A DNA stretch of 64,000 nt from an uncultured Candidatus Saccharibacteria bacterium (GCA_964348395.1 CAYGCK010000001.1:85018-149017); one strand, 5' to 3'. Shown: positions 45,070 to 55,388, counted from the first letter of the stretch. Notes: generated by a model from the letters alone, not told the origin. A program made the numbers and translations.

Positions 45070-45711
45070 ATGAAAGCTCTCGCCGACGCTAAGAGGAAGA
45101 TGCTCGAGGAGCATCTTGAGAAGCGCGGAATTAGCGATAAGCGCGTTTTGAAAGCGTTCAATGTTGTGCCCCGCGAAGAGTTCGTGTCCCGTAGGTACCG
45201 TGATCTATCGTATGAAGATATGCCTTTGGAGATCGGGAGTGGGCAAACCATTTCCCAACCCTACACCGTTGCTTTTATGACTCAGCTTCTTGATCCCCAA
45301 CCGCAAGATAACGTTTTGGAAGTTGGAACCGGATCAGGCTATCAGGCTGCGATACTCTCACGGCTTTGTCGCAAGGTTTATACCATCGAGAGGGTTGAGG
45401 AGCTAGCCGAAAGCGCCCGAGATGTTTTAGAAAGATGCGGTTACGACAACGTCGAGGTTGTCGTCGGTGACGGGAGTTTGGGGCTCGCCGATAAAGCCCC
45501 TTTTGACAGGATTGTCGTCACCGCCGCCTCCCCCAGGGTTCCCCGACCTCTCGTTGAGCAGCTTAAGGTGGGTGGGCGATTGGTTGTGCCGGTTGGCGTT
45601 GGGCTTCAGGATATGGTGAGGCTCACCAAGACGAGGGACGGCGAGAAGGTCGAGCGTTTTAGCGGCTTTCGCTTCGTGCCTTTGGTTGGGGAGGAAGGGT
45701 TTAGGGAATAG
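45070..45711 (+). CDS. pcm: protein-L-isoaspartate O-methyltransferase
   Basis: PCMT motifs SQPYTVAFMTQLL and VLEVGTGSGYQAA. Confidence 0.9.
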   Translation: MKALADAKRKMLEEHLEKRGISDKRVLKAFNVVPREEFVSRRYRDLSYEDMPLEIGSGQTISQPYTVAFMTQLLDPQPQDNVLEVGTGSGYQAAILSRLCRKVYTIERVEELAESARDVLERCGYDNVEVVVGDGSLGLADKAPFDRIVVTAASPRVPRPLVEQLKVGGRLVVPVGVGLQDMVRLTKTRDGEKVERFSGFRFVPLVGEEGFRE

Positions 45712-45732
45712 AAAACTTGCTATCTTGAATCT

Positions 45733-46905
45733 GTGCTTCTGGATTTCTACCACCACATAAAACTCCCGCATTTTAGGGCTAAACCGCTATCCGCTCTTTA
45801 CTTCTCATTTACGCTGCGTACCCTCGCTATATCCTTGGTTAGCGTCTTTATACCTATTTACATCCTCAATATAACAGGGGATTTTCTGTGGGTTTTGGTA
45901 TTTTTTGCCGCTTACTCGTCCTTTGTCGTCGCGCTTGCCATGCCTTTGGGGTGGCTGGTAGTACGGATTGGGTTTAGGTGGTCCGTTTTTGTGGCGAGCG
46001 TTCTTTTGGCGCTGGAGCTCTTCCTTTTCTCCTTAGCCGCAGAAAACATTTTGTACCTTTGGATTGTTGTTCCCCTTGAAGCCGCGAAGTTGCTTCTTTT
46101 CTGGATTCCTTACCACCTCATCTTTGTCGAAGACGCTTCCGCCCGACACTTTGGGGAGCAGGTTTCCATACCGGGTGTTATCGCAAGATTGGTCGCCGTG
46201 GTGGCGCCTCTTGCCGGGGGCTTTACAATTTCAAAAATAGGATTTACCTCGGTATTCTACCTGGCCATCTTCTTGGTATTGGCATCCGCCCTGCCTTTGT
46301 TTTTTATGCCGCACCACGCCCACGGCGCCTATCCTGGCTGGAGGCACATCCTCAAAGAAACCTTTGCCGGGGGATACGGGAGAATTTTTGCCGCTTTTTG
46401 GGGGGTTAGAAGCGTGGCGCTTGTCGCCGCGGTGGTCTGGCCGGTTTTCTTATTCGGGTTAACCCAAAATTCATACAGCGAGGTTGGGGTTATAACATCC
46501 GCTGTTCTTTTAGTTTCGGTTGTTTCCCTCCTTGCAACCGGAAGAGCTGTAGACAGGTTCGGTAGAAGGTTGGTTTTGAGGTTCGGGGCTTGGGTAAACA
46601 GCACGATATGGATTGTCAAAGCTTTCATAGCGACCCCTTTCGAGGCGTTTTTTGTGGATTCCTTGAACAAGCTCGTCGACGGGGTTCAGGGTATACCGTT
46701 TGACGTAGTGACCTACGAGAAAGCGAGGAGGCGAAAACACCCCAGCGAGTTTATCGTCCGCCGCGAGATGTTACTTCATTTTGGAGGGATTTTAACCACT
46801 TTGGGAATGATGGGGCTTTGGGTTTTAGGTGTGCCTCTTCCAGCGTTTTTCTTGATTGCAGCCTTAGGTTACCTTGTCTCCATGTTTATGCTAGCTGGCG
46901 ACTAA
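45733..46905 (+). CDS. MFS-like transporter (about 12 TM)
   Basis: Polytopic hydrophobic profile. Confidence 0.55.
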   Translation: MLLDFYHHIKLPHFRAKPLSALYFSFTLRTLAISLVSVFIPIYILNITGDFLWVLVFFAAYSSFVVALAMPLGWLVVRIGFRWSVFVASVLLALELFLFSLAAENILYLWIVVPLEAAKLLLFWIPYHLIFVEDASARHFGEQVSIPGVIARLVAVVAPLAGGFTISKIGFTSVFYLAIFLVLASALPLFFMPHHAHGAYPGWRHILKETFAGGYGRIFAAFWGVRSVALVAAVVWPVFLFGLTQNSYSEVGVITSAVLLVSVVSLLATGRAVDRFGRRLVLRFGAWVNSTIWIVKAFIATPFEAFFVDSLNKLVDGVQGIPFDVVTYEKARRRKHPSEFIVRREMLLHFGGILTTLGMMGLWVLGVPLPAFFLIAALGYLVSMFMLAGD

Positions 46906-46995
46906 CCGCTCTTGTTAATCTTCTCCCTAATCCGCTATCATAGGTGATAGGATGACCTCGTGTATCATCTCTCGAGAGGGGGTGAAAAACTCTTA

Positions 46996-47658
46996 ATGTG
47001 GCAGGACATACTCGATAGTATGAGTGACGCCTTAACCACCTCTCTTACCGGTCTAGCTGGCGGTTTTCCTGAATTCCTAGGTGGTTTAATAATCCTTCTG
47101 GTCGGTCTTATCGTTGCCGGTTTGGTCAAGCGCGGCTTGGATGCCCTTTTTGGGGTTTTGAAAGTTGACAAGTGGGGGGAGAAAGCAAAGCTAACCAAGG
47201 GTGCGAGCGTGCGCGTGTGGCAAAAATTGATAGGAGAGATCGCCCGCTGGGCGGTGATAGTTCTCTTCTTGGTTCCGGCGCTTGCGACCTGGGGAGTACC
47301 GGGAATTTCTGATCTTTTGAGCGATCTCCTGGCTTACTTGCCCAACGTTTTCGTGGCCGCCGTCATTGGTTTTATCGGCATAGTGGTCGCCGATTTGACC
47401 GAGGGGGTGATAAGGCAAGGATTCAAGGGTATCGGAGCCGTCTCGGCTCAGGTTATGGCGGGAGTTTCTCGCTACGCAATCCTCTTTTTTACCGCGCTTG
47501 TGGTCTTGAACCAGCTTGGTGTCGCCGCTAACTTGGTGCAGGTTCTCTTCACCGGTGTTGTAGCGATGCTCGCCTTGGCTGGAGGTTTAGCGTTTGGTTT
47601 GGGAGGACAGGAAACGGCCAGGGATATTCTTGAGGCGATACGAAAAAGGCTAAGCTAA
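46996..47658 (+). CDS. conserved-TM-helix-repeat family membrane protein (putative small mechanosensitive-channel-like)
   Basis: GAGGGGGTGA SD. Repeated TM helix units. Confidence 0.5.
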   Translation: MWQDILDSMSDALTTSLTGLAGGFPEFLGGLIILLVGLIVAGLVKRGLDALFGVLKVDKWGEKAKLTKGASVRVWQKLIGEIARWAVIVLFLVPALATWGVPGISDLLSDLLAYLPNVFVAAVIGFIGIVVADLTEGVIRQGFKGIGAVSAQVMAGVSRYAILFFTALVVLNQLGVAANLVQVLFTGVVAMLALAGGLAFGLGGQETARDILEAIRKRLS

Positions 47659-47717
47659 GGACCTGGTTCGTATCTTTTCAGATATGGCGTTCTTGCCCTC
47701 TGTTTTCTGTTCTCTGT

Positions 47718-48185
47718 GTGTTGTTCACTTTCAATATGATTTATTTGGGAACCGACCATCGGGGTTTTGAATTGAAGGAGAAAATTGCGCTGTGGCTTGG
47801 GGAGTGGGGTTACGAGTTCGAGGATTTAGGGGCTGCGTCTTACGATAAGAAGGACGACTACCCCGACTTTGCCTCTGCAGTTGCAAGAAAGGTTTCCGAA
47901 AACCCGAAAGAGAACAGAGGAATACTGCTCTGCGGTTCCGGCGTTGGGGTTGATGTGGTAGCCAATAAGTTCAAGAGTGTGCGCTCGGCTCTTGTGTGGG
48001 GTGATGAAGAGGCGTTGGTGAAGCAGTCCCGCCAGCACGACGGAACGAACGTCCTCTCCCTTCCCGCCGATCACCTAAGCGAGAAACAAGCCAAAAACAT
48101 CGTCAAAACCTGGCTCGAAACCCCCGATCCTTCAGAAGAGCGCCACCTGCGACGCATTAAAAAGATTTCCAATCTTGAATCCTAA
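47718..48185 (+). CDS. rpiB: ribose-5-phosphate isomerase B (RpiB/LacAB family)
   Basis: RpiB pattern LGTDHRGFELK.., LLCGSGVGVDVVANKF. The true start may be ATG at 47736. Confidence 0.85.
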   Translation: MLFTFNMIYLGTDHRGFELKEKIALWLGEWGYEFEDLGAASYDKKDDYPDFASAVARKVSENPKENRGILLCGSGVGVDVVANKFKSVRSALVWGDEEALVKQSRQHDGTNVLSLPADHLSEKQAKNIVKTWLETPDPSEERHLRRIKKISNLES

Positions 48186-48241
48186 ACCTATCACCCGAAA
48201 GGTGTAGATGTTTCAGTGAAAAAGAAAAGCGAGGGGAAAAT

Positions 48242-48442
48242 TCACCCTCGCTTGGCCTGTGCCGTCCTCGCCAGGTTGAAGACCTCGTCCACCCTCATGT
48301 CTCCGAGTGGGGGGTACGGGCTCCTCCATCTGCGCTTTTTGTCCGGTGGGAGAATGATGTTGAGGATCTCCCACATGTACTCCGGACGCCTCGGTTTCTC
48401 CTTCGGCTCCAACAGCTTCTTGATCTTCGCTAAGAGCTTCAT
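48242..48442 (-). CDS. hypothetical small basic protein
   Basis: AAGGAG SD 6 nt before the second ATG. Confidence 0.35.
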   Translation of the reverse strand: MKLLAKIKKLLEPKEKPRRPEYMWEILNIILPPDKKRRWRSPYPPLGDMRVDEVFNLARTAQAKRG

Positions 48443-48465
48443 ATCCATCTCCTTTGCTGGCGAAG

Positions 48466-48975
48466 TTATTCCACGATTTGAGGTACTTCCTTGCCTACGA
48501 CCAGACCCCCGCCGTAGATTTGTTGGAAAACGACCCCTTTAGGCAGCTGGAGGATCCATTCTATCCCAACGAAGGAGCGCATGCTCCCCACAACAACACT
48601 CGTGTAGACCCACCTTCCTTTGCGGAAGAAGGCAGGTCCGCGCCGCCAAGGCCTCTCGACGGGAAGGTAGCGGAGGGACTCTTTGAGGAAATCGGCGGCT
48701 TCTTTGACTAGTCGCCCATCACCCCAAAACCTGGGTCTTATCCCGCCGTCGTACCACCTGCTCCAGATGGGGGTTTGGAGCAATAGGAAGATGACCTCTC
48801 TACCTGGTGCCCGGCGTGAGCCAGCCCAACTATCCCGGTAGCGAAGAGTCCCCCTGATGTACTCTATCTCTTTAAAACCGAGATTCCATGGCGCTACCCG
48901 CTCGCCGCCGACAGCGTAGGTGTGGAGGGCGGCGTCAGCTAAGAAATCCTGAAGTTCAACCAAACTGACTAACAT
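48466..48975 (-). CDS. hypothetical protein
   Basis: 169-aa ORF, GC-rich, no recognised domain. Confidence 0.4.
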   Translation of the reverse strand: MLVSLVELQDFLADAALHTYAVGGERVAPWNLGFKEIEYIRGTLRYRDSWAGSRRAPGREVIFLLLQTPIWSRWYDGGIRPRFWGDGRLVKEAADFLKESLRYLPVERPWRRGPAFFRKGRWVYTSVVVGSMRSFVGIEWILQLPKGVVFQQIYGGGLVVGKEVPQIVE

Positions 48976-49120
48976 TTTCTCCCTCCTTTCAGACGTTTTC
49001 TGCTTATGCAGATGATAACACGGGGTTTTTAAGGTGCCAACACTGGTAAAATTAATAAAGTGATTGAAATTGGACGACCGCTCAAAGCGGTTCTAGCAAT
49101 TTCAGGTATATCGTAGGACT

Positions 49121-49807
49121 ATGGTTGAAATTGTTCCAACCATCCTGGTTCACAGCAAAGACGAGTTCATAAAACGCCTCGAGCTCGTCGCTCCTTATGT
49201 TTCTCGCGTTCAGTGGGACATAATGGACGGGCATTTTGTTCCCAATACCACCTTCTCCGACCCTCTTGTGTTTGAGGAGATTGAGGAGAAGGAGCTGTGG
49301 AAGGGACCGGATCCGGACGTATCTCTTCTCAAGATTGAGGCGGATTTGATGGTTCAAGACCCCGAGCGGTGGGTTGAGCTTCTTAAGCATCCCTGGGTCG
49401 ACCGTCTGATCTTTCACGTCGAGTCGAAAGGGAACCACCAGGGGTGGCTCGAGTTAATACAGGAAGCCGAATCCAAAAGCTTTAGTGTGGGTGTGACCCT
49501 GGACCCTGATACTCCGCTCGAGCGGGTTTGGAAATTCTTGCCTAAGGTCGACCTCTTCCAGGCGATGGGTGTAAAAAGTGGGTTTGGAGGGCAAAAGTTT
49601 GTCCCTTCCGTCCTGGGCAGAATCCGGGAGGTCAGGGACGCTTTCCCCAACCTTCCCATCTCGGTCGACGGCGGAGTAAACGTGGAAACCTCGCCCGGCA
49701 TGGTCGCCGCCGGGGCGACCGAACTCTGCGCTGGCTCGGCCATATTTGAATCTGATAACGTTGATGAGGCAATCAAAGCGTTAGAAGATGCCTCTTCCAA
49801 TGTCTAG
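49121..49807 (+). CDS. rpe: ribulose-phosphate 3-epimerase
   Basis: Rpe signatures PTILVHSKDEF and DIMDGHFVPN. Confidence 0.9.
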   Translation: MVEIVPTILVHSKDEFIKRLELVAPYVSRVQWDIMDGHFVPNTTFSDPLVFEEIEEKELWKGPDPDVSLLKIEADLMVQDPERWVELLKHPWVDRLIFHVESKGNHQGWLELIQEAESKSFSVGVTLDPDTPLERVWKFLPKVDLFQAMGVKSGFGGQKFVPSVLGRIREVRDAFPNLPISVDGGVNVETSPGMVAAGATELCAGSAIFESDNVDEAIKALEDASSNV

Positions 49808-50384
49808 AAGGTTTGAAAAAATCTCCATTTTTGGTTTCGCCGACGCTCACGAAGATAGACCCGAATGGAAGGCGGCCTATGAGACCTCCAAACTCCTCGC
49901 CGAGCAGGGTTACACAATAGTAAACGGCGGAGGACCGGGTGTTATGAAAGCGGCGACCCTGGGGGCTAAGGAAGCAAACGGCAAGGTCATTGGGGTGAGC
50001 TTCTACCCCAAAGACGCCCCTTACTTTGAGGGTCGAGACAAGAGTAACCCAATCGACCAGGAGATAAAGACCACAAATTATTTGGAGAGGACGCTACGGC
50101 TTTTGGATATAGGCGACGCCTACGTCATCTTCCGCGGCGGTACCGGGACGGTGTCGGAGTTTGGCATGGCTTGGGGGGTCGCGCGGCTTTATTTTGGGCA
50201 CCACAAGCCCTTTATCCTATACGGTGGGTTTTGGCATGAGATTTTGGAGGCAGTCGCCAAAAATATGTATATTAGAGGCGAGGAACTCAAGGTCTATCGC
50301 ATAGTCGATACCCCTGAGGAGGTCTTGGAAGAAATTCAAAAACTAGAGAAGGAAACGGAAAATTCCTTAGTGTATCGAGCATGA
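49788..50384 (+). CDS. LOG-family protein (TIGR00730 Rossmann-fold)
   Basis: LOG motifs GGGPGVMKAATLGA and GGTGTVSEF. Overlaps rpe by 20 nt. Confidence 0.8.
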   Translation: MPLPMSRRFEKISIFGFADAHEDRPEWKAAYETSKLLAEQGYTIVNGGGPGVMKAATLGAKEANGKVIGVSFYPKDAPYFEGRDKSNPIDQEIKTTNYLERTLRLLDIGDAYVIFRGGTGTVSEFGMAWGVARLYFGHHKPFILYGGFWHEILEAVAKNMYIRGEELKVYRIVDTPEEVLEEIQKLEKETENSLVYRA

Positions 50385-51247
50385 AATTTCCCAAGAAAGA
50401 TCACTACACAACCGACAAACTCTACAAGATGGCAAACGAGATGAGGGAAGACCTTATCAAGATGCTTACCCTAGCGGGTTCCGGCCACTCCGCGGGGCCG
50501 TTGGGAACCATGGAGATCTGGACCGCGATGTATTTTCATATCCTCAACCACAAGCCCCAGGATCCGGATTGGAAGGATCGGGATCGTCTTATTCTCTCCT
50601 GCGGGCACATTTGCCCCGCCCGCTACACAGTTATGGCTCACGCCGGTTATCTCCCTCACGAGGAGCTTTGGACGCTCCGCAAGTGGGGGACACGGTTGCA
50701 AGGGCACCCAGAGCGAACCAAACTCCCGGGGGTAGAGACGACTTCCGGTCCCTTAGGTTCCGGTCTGTCGCAGGCCGCCGGTATGGCTCTGGCCGGCAAG
50801 ATGGATGAGGCGAAGTGGAGGGTTTATTGCATCATGAGCGACGGGGAACAACAGGCCGGAAACACTTGGGAGGCGGCGATGTTTGCTGGGAAGAATAACC
50901 TCAACAACCTAACCGCCATTATGGACAGAAATAATATCCAAATAAACGGGCACACCGAGGATGTGATGCCGTTGGAACCACTGGAGGAAAAGTACAAATC
51001 CTTCGGTTGGCATGTTTTGCATATCGATGGGCACAATATCGAGGAATTTATAGACGCCGTAAATCACGCCAAAGCGGTTTACGAGGATCCGACCTTGATA
51101 ATCGCTCACACCATACCCGGCCGTGGGGTTGGGTTTATGGAATGGGACCCCGCCTGGCACGGCAAGCCTCCCAAGCCGGAGGAGGCCAGAAAAGCGCTGC
51201 ACGAGATAAGAACCTTGGGTGGGAAGATAAGGAGCGAACACGAGTAA
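50381..51247 (+). CDS. transketolase, N-terminal (TPP-binding) subunit
   Basis: Split tkt N-terminal signatures GHSAGPLG and GHPE. Confidence 0.9.
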   Translation: MKFPKKDHYTTDKLYKMANEMREDLIKMLTLAGSGHSAGPLGTMEIWTAMYFHILNHKPQDPDWKDRDRLILSCGHICPARYTVMAHAGYLPHEELWTLRKWGTRLQGHPERTKLPGVETTSGPLGSGLSQAAGMALAGKMDEAKWRVYCIMSDGEQQAGNTWEAAMFAGKNNLNNLTAIMDRNNIQINGHTEDVMPLEPLEEKYKSFGWHVLHIDGHNIEEFIDAVNHAKAVYEDPTLIIAHTIPGRGVGFMEWDPAWHGKPPKPEEARKALHEIRTLGGKIRSEHE

Positions 51248-51270
51248 ATAGGAGTAGAGAGTAGTTAAAA

Positions 51271-52281
51271 ATGCCTATAAATAAATCAGCAAAACTGGTC
51301 CCAAACGTCTTGGACAAGAAGAAGCTTGAGATGTTGCCCACCCGCGACGGCTACGGTAAGGGAGTGGTCGAGGCGGGAAGAAAAGATAAAAACGTCGTTG
51401 TTTTGTGCGCAGATTTGGCGGAATCTACCCGTTCTCACTGGTTCCAGCAAGAGTTCCCCGATCGCTACGTAGAGATGGGGGTCGCGGAGCAGAATATGGC
51501 CTCCTTGGCCGCCGGGATGGCTTTGGGAGGTAAGATCCCGTTTATTGCCTCTTACGCGGTATTTTCACCGGGAAGGAATAACGAGCAGATTAGAACCCTG
51601 ATATCTCTTCAGGAAACCAACGTCAAGATAATGGGCGCCCACGCGGGCATTTCGGTGGGGCCCGACGGGGCGACGCACCAGGCCCTTGAGGATATGGCTT
51701 TGATGAGGGTGCAGCCCAATATGACCGTTTTTGCGCCCTGCGATGTGTGGGAGGCAAAGAGGATTGTCGAGACCATAGCCAAGCTTGACGGACCCGCCTA
51801 TATGCGCTTTGCCCGCGAAAAGACGCCGGTTGTAACGACCGACAAAACGCCTTTTAAGATAGGCCAGGCGCGGGTATTTTGGGAATCCAAAGGTAAGATC
51901 GTGGATGTTACGATTGTGGCTTGTGGACCGCTGGTCCACGAGTCGCTTTTGGCCGCCGCAAGATTAGAAAAGTCCGGCTTGGGCGTCGAGGTTTACAACT
52001 CGCCGTCGGTCAAACCCTTGGACGAAAAAACCATCCTCGCGGCAGCTAAAAAAGCGGGCGCAGTTGTGACCGCGGAAGAGCACCAGGTGGCGGGTGGATT
52101 GGGAGGGGCGGTCGCAGAATTTTTGGGCGAGAACTACCCTGTCCCGGTCGTTCGCGTGGGGGTCAAAGACCGCTTTGGGGAGTCCGGCGACCCAGATGAA
52201 TTGATGGTTAAGTTTGGGTTAGTTGCCAAGGACATCGTCGCCGCAGCGAAAAAAGCAATAGGACTCAAAAAGAGCAAGTAA
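51271..52281 (+). CDS. transketolase, C-terminal (pyrimidine-binding) subunit
   Basis: Typical split transketolase C-terminal subunit. Confidence 0.9.
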   Translation: MPINKSAKLVPNVLDKKKLEMLPTRDGYGKGVVEAGRKDKNVVVLCADLAESTRSHWFQQEFPDRYVEMGVAEQNMASLAAGMALGGKIPFIASYAVFSPGRNNEQIRTLISLQETNVKIMGAHAGISVGPDGATHQALEDMALMRVQPNMTVFAPCDVWEAKRIVETIAKLDGPAYMRFAREKTPVVTTDKTPFKIGQARVFWESKGKIVDVTIVACGPLVHESLLAAARLEKSGLGVEVYNSPSVKPLDEKTILAAAKKAGAVVTAEEHQVAGGLGGAVAEFLGENYPVPVVRVGVKDRFGESGDPDELMVKFGLVAKDIVAAAKKAIGLKKSK

Positions 52282-52290
52282 TTTACTCAT

Positions 52291-53154
52291 ATGGCCGCTA
52301 AAGACGTATTAACCAAAGCCCAAGACGAAGTCTACTCCATAGGCGCCTTTAACGCTGCCAATATCGAAACTTTAAAAGCCATTGTAGGTGCCGCGGCCAA
52401 GCTTAGGGCACCAATAATTGTGGAAAGCTCGCACGGCGAGACCGAATTTATAGGCGCCGCCAATTTGGTGGACCTCGTTAAAAATTATCGCGAAGAAACC
52501 GGTGTTCCAATTTTCATAAATTTGGATCACGCGCCGTCAGTTGAGGCGGCCGAGGAGGGAATCGAGGCCGGTTACGAGCTTATACACATCAATGCCTCCA
52601 AGTTGCCTTACGAGGAGAACGTCGCGGCGACAAAAAAGGTCGCGGAGGAGGCGCACGCGAAAGGTCTTTTGGTCGAGGCGGAGCTCACTTTTATTGAGGG
52701 CTCGAGCGCACCGCATCTTCAGGAGAAGATTGAGGAAGAGCAGGCCAAATCGAAGTACACCGATCCCGAGCAAGCCAAGGATTTTGTGTCGCGCACCGGG
52801 ATAGATACCTTGGCGGTTTCCATAGGCAACGTCCACGGCGTATACAAGACCGCCCCCAAGCTGGATCTGGAGCTTTTAAGGACCCTTAGGCAGACCCTTC
52901 CGTGCTTCTTTAGCCTGCACGGCGGGAGCGGCATCCCCGACGATCAGGTCCGGGGAGCTATAAAGACCGGTCGGATAGTCAAGGTTAACGTCAACTCGGA
53001 GATGAGAATTGCCTACCGGGAAACTCTGGAGAAAGTACTTAAAAAGACCGACGAGGTTGCCATTTACAAGATTATGCCTGACGTCATCGCCGCCGTCCAG
53101 GAGGTAGTGGAGCGCAAGATCAAGCTCTTTGGCTCCGAGGGGAAGGCCACTTAA
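52291..53154 (+). CDS. fba: class II fructose/ketose-bisphosphate aldolase
   Basis: Class II aldolase fold signature with the NLDHA zinc-site His. Confidence 0.85.
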   Translation: MAAKDVLTKAQDEVYSIGAFNAANIETLKAIVGAAAKLRAPIIVESSHGETEFIGAANLVDLVKNYREETGVPIFINLDHAPSVEAAEEGIEAGYELIHINASKLPYEENVAATKKVAEEAHAKGLLVEAELTFIEGSSAPHLQEKIEEEQAKSKYTDPEQAKDFVSRTGIDTLAVSIGNVHGVYKTAPKLDLELLRTLRQTLPCFFSLHGGSGIPDDQVRGAIKTGRIVKVNVNSEMRIAYRETLEKVLKKTDEVAIYKIMPDVIAAVQEVVERKIKLFGSEGKAT

Positions 53155-53582
53155 AGCAGCTTGGACATTACGCAGAAGTCCTGTCCTTCGTAGTGGTTTT
53201 TGAGGTCGGCCGTCGTTTTGTACCCGAGCTTTTCGTAAAAATCGACCGCGCCCCAAGTGGATCCAGTGTGTAGGTAAATCTTATGGACCCGGTTTTTCCG
53301 GGCGATTTCTTCGGTCTCTTCCATAAGAGCCCGACCTATACCCCTGCCTCGGGCTTTGTGACCCACGATAAGCTGGGAGACGTACATAACGCCTGCCATG
53401 TAGTTGCCATCAACCATCCCTAGGACCGTGTTCCCTTCCTTGGCGCTTAGGTAGAACTTGACTTTCTTCCAGTACCTTTCGTCCCGTTCGTGGCCAAAGT
53501 GTTCCTTGTGAGTCAGCGGCCACTCGATTTTCCCAAACGCCTTCATGGCTTTGGTTTTGGTCTTTGTCCGTATTATCCTCAT
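53151..53582 (-). CDS. GNAT-family N-acetyltransferase
   Basis: Acetyl-CoA binding motif RGRGIGRALM. Confidence 0.75.
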   Translation of the reverse strand: MRIIRTKTKTKAMKAFGKIEWPLTHKEHFGHERDERYWKKVKFYLSAKEGNTVLGMVDGNYMAGVMYVSQLIVGHKARGRGIGRALMEETEEIARKNRVHKIYLHTGSTWGAVDFYEKLGYKTTADLKNHYEGQDFCVMSKLL

Positions 53583-53635
53583 AACGAATTTATACCCGAC
53601 AAATCTTTAGTAACGGGATTTGTAGCGTTGAGTGC

Positions 53636-54166
53636 TTAAGGCTTGAACTGCTGCATATACTGGCTCAAGTCCAGAAACTCCACTCCAGTTGGGAGTGTGA
53701 ACCGCGAGTCGGTGACCACCTCCGGGTTGCAGCTGTACTCGTAGCCCAGTGCCTGGGCGGAGGAGTCGGCCGCTTCCAAGTCAGATGTATCATATTCCTC
53801 ACCCTCTGCCAGGGTAACGCAGAGCTTGGTTCCTTGGCTTTGTCCCTCCTGCCAGTAGTAGGTGCAGTCGTCGCGGTAGATGTACTTAAACGTTCCCGTC
53901 TCTTGCGTGGTTATCTCGCCGTAGTACTTGTTCCCTTTAAGGTAAAAGGTGGCGGAATCCCCTTGGTAGCTCCAGGTGCACTTCATTGCGGTGCCCACCT
54001 TTAGGGCATCGGCGATGCTGCCGACGAAACCCCCGTCGGAGGAGGATTCCTCGGTTGTGGTGGGGGAGGCGCCTTCGCGTAGGTAGAAGTACCAATATCC
54101 GGCTCCTGCAGCTCCGAGCAAGACGATAATGATGGCGATTAGAAGACCTTTGTTCAGTGTTATCAC
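53636..54166 (-). CDS. membrane-anchored hypothetical protein (Cys-containing beta-rich ectodomain)
   Basis: TM LLIAIIIVLLGAAGAGYWYFYL. The start is placed at the GTG next to AAGGGGG, but the SD spacing is poor. The longer track ORF (to 54586) is rejected because it overlaps the plus-strand 54312 gene. Confidence 0.4.
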   Translation of the reverse strand: MITLNKGLLIAIIIVLLGAAGAGYWYFYLREGASPTTTEESSSDGGFVGSIADALKVGTAMKCTWSYQGDSATFYLKGNKYYGEITTQETGTFKYIYRDDCTYYWQEGQSQGTKLCVTLAEGEEYDTSDLEAADSSAQALGYEYSCNPEVVTDSRFTLPTGVEFLDLSQYMQQFKP

Positions 54167-54311
54167 CCCCTTTGCAGTAATATCAGGCTCTAACGCGATT
54201 TTATAATTTGTTTTTAGGTCGCGGCAAACAAAGCAACGGTTTTCTTGACTCACTAGAAATCGGGAATATAATTTAGGCAAATCCCATAACTCCAAGAAAG
54301 GAGGAAGTAAG

Positions 54312-54836
54312 ATGAGAGCGAGCCACACCTTAAAGCGGACGGCGGATCTCTTGACCTTAATTCGATTTGTCGGAGTGCTAGTCGTCCCGCTCGTCGGCTT
54401 GGCCGAGGGTCCCTCGGCGGTTGCCGGGACTGGAGGATGGCTTCTTCTCCTCCTGTGGATGACCGACCTGTTCGACGGCCAACTGGCGCGCCGTAGCGGC
54501 TTAGCCGGGGAAGGAAGACTTGCAGAGCTCGACGGTTGGGCGGATCTGCTTCTCGCGTTGTCGGGCTTTACCCTGCTTACTATCACCGGGTTCGTGAGTC
54601 CCTTGGTCTGGGCGGTGGTGACCCTGGCGACCCTGGTCCTGGTCCGCGTGGACTTTCTGGTCTTCCAAGGAATTGCGTCCTTTTTCTTGTCGGTGTTCTA
54701 CTTTTGGACGGCGATTCGGCAGGACTCGACGTTCCTGGTGCTCTTGGCGGCTTTCCTTGGGATACACGCACTGCTGTCGCGCGAGCGGTTCGTGTTCCTT
54801 TGGAACCGCTTTTGGGGTCACGTGTGGCTTCGTTAG
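54312..54836 (+). CDS. CDP-alcohol phosphatidyltransferase family protein
   Basis: AAAGGAGGAAG SD. Motif DLFDGQLARR...G...LDGWAD matches D-x2-DG-x2-AR...G-x3-D-x3-D. Confidence 0.6.
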   Translation: MRASHTLKRTADLLTLIRFVGVLVVPLVGLAEGPSAVAGTGGWLLLLLWMTDLFDGQLARRSGLAGEGRLAELDGWADLLLALSGFTLLTITGFVSPLVWAVVTLATLVLVRVDFLVFQGIASFFLSVFYFWTAIRQDSTFLVLLAAFLGIHALLSRERFVFLWNRFWGHVWLR

Positions 54837-54980
54837 GAACTCATCAAACAGGCTGTGCTTTTTTGCACGGCCTTTTTTTGGTTAGACGGTCTTGAGAAAA
54901 GAGCTGTCTGCCCTATAGCGTTGACTTTCTGGAGCAAAAGAGTATAATTTAGGTATAAAAACCAAGGAAAGGAGGGATCG

Positions 54981-55319
54981 ATGGACGACGATTTGGACTA
55001 CGGTGAGTACTACGACGATTACTACTTCGACGACGAGCCGGTAAGAGAATGGCCCGATGGTCCGTGCGAAGTCTGCGGGGTACCGTACTACGTAAACGGC
55101 GTCCCGTCTCACGTCCATATTTACCCTGCCAAAAAGCAGCCGGGCTTCTTGGAACGGTTGTTCGGGACTGGGGAGTACTGCAAAGTCTGCGGTCACGGTC
55201 ACGGGGCTCACCTTCAGCCTTGGGTCAGGGAGTGGGCGATGCATAACATGGATCAGATCGCCCTCCAGCGACTGGCCACTCTTATCGCTATAGATTACAT
55301 CACCGGGGCTGATTTCTGA
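54981..55319 (+). CDS. acidic Cys/His-rich hypothetical protein (CEVCG...CKVCGHGHG)
   Basis: GGAAAGGAGGG SD. Acidic DY-rich N-terminus and two CxxC pairs. Confidence 0.5.
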   Translation: MDDDLDYGEYYDDYYFDDEPVREWPDGPCEVCGVPYYVNGVPSHVHIYPAKKQPGFLERLFGTGEYCKVCGHGHGAHLQPWVREWAMHNMDQIALQRLATLIAIDYITGADF

Positions 55320-55388
55320 CCGGCTGTCTAACAGTGTAAGGGCTGGATTCATTGGAGTCTGGCCCTTTTCCCTTTTGGAAGGAGGTAT

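Noticed and set aside
53636-54586. Full-length 316-aa version of the minus-strand ORF
   Set aside because: The N-terminal 140 aa are Ser/Pro/Arg-rich and overlap the plus-strand CDP-alcohol phosphatidyltransferase gene, which has a strong SD. The plausible product starts at the TM helix near 54166.
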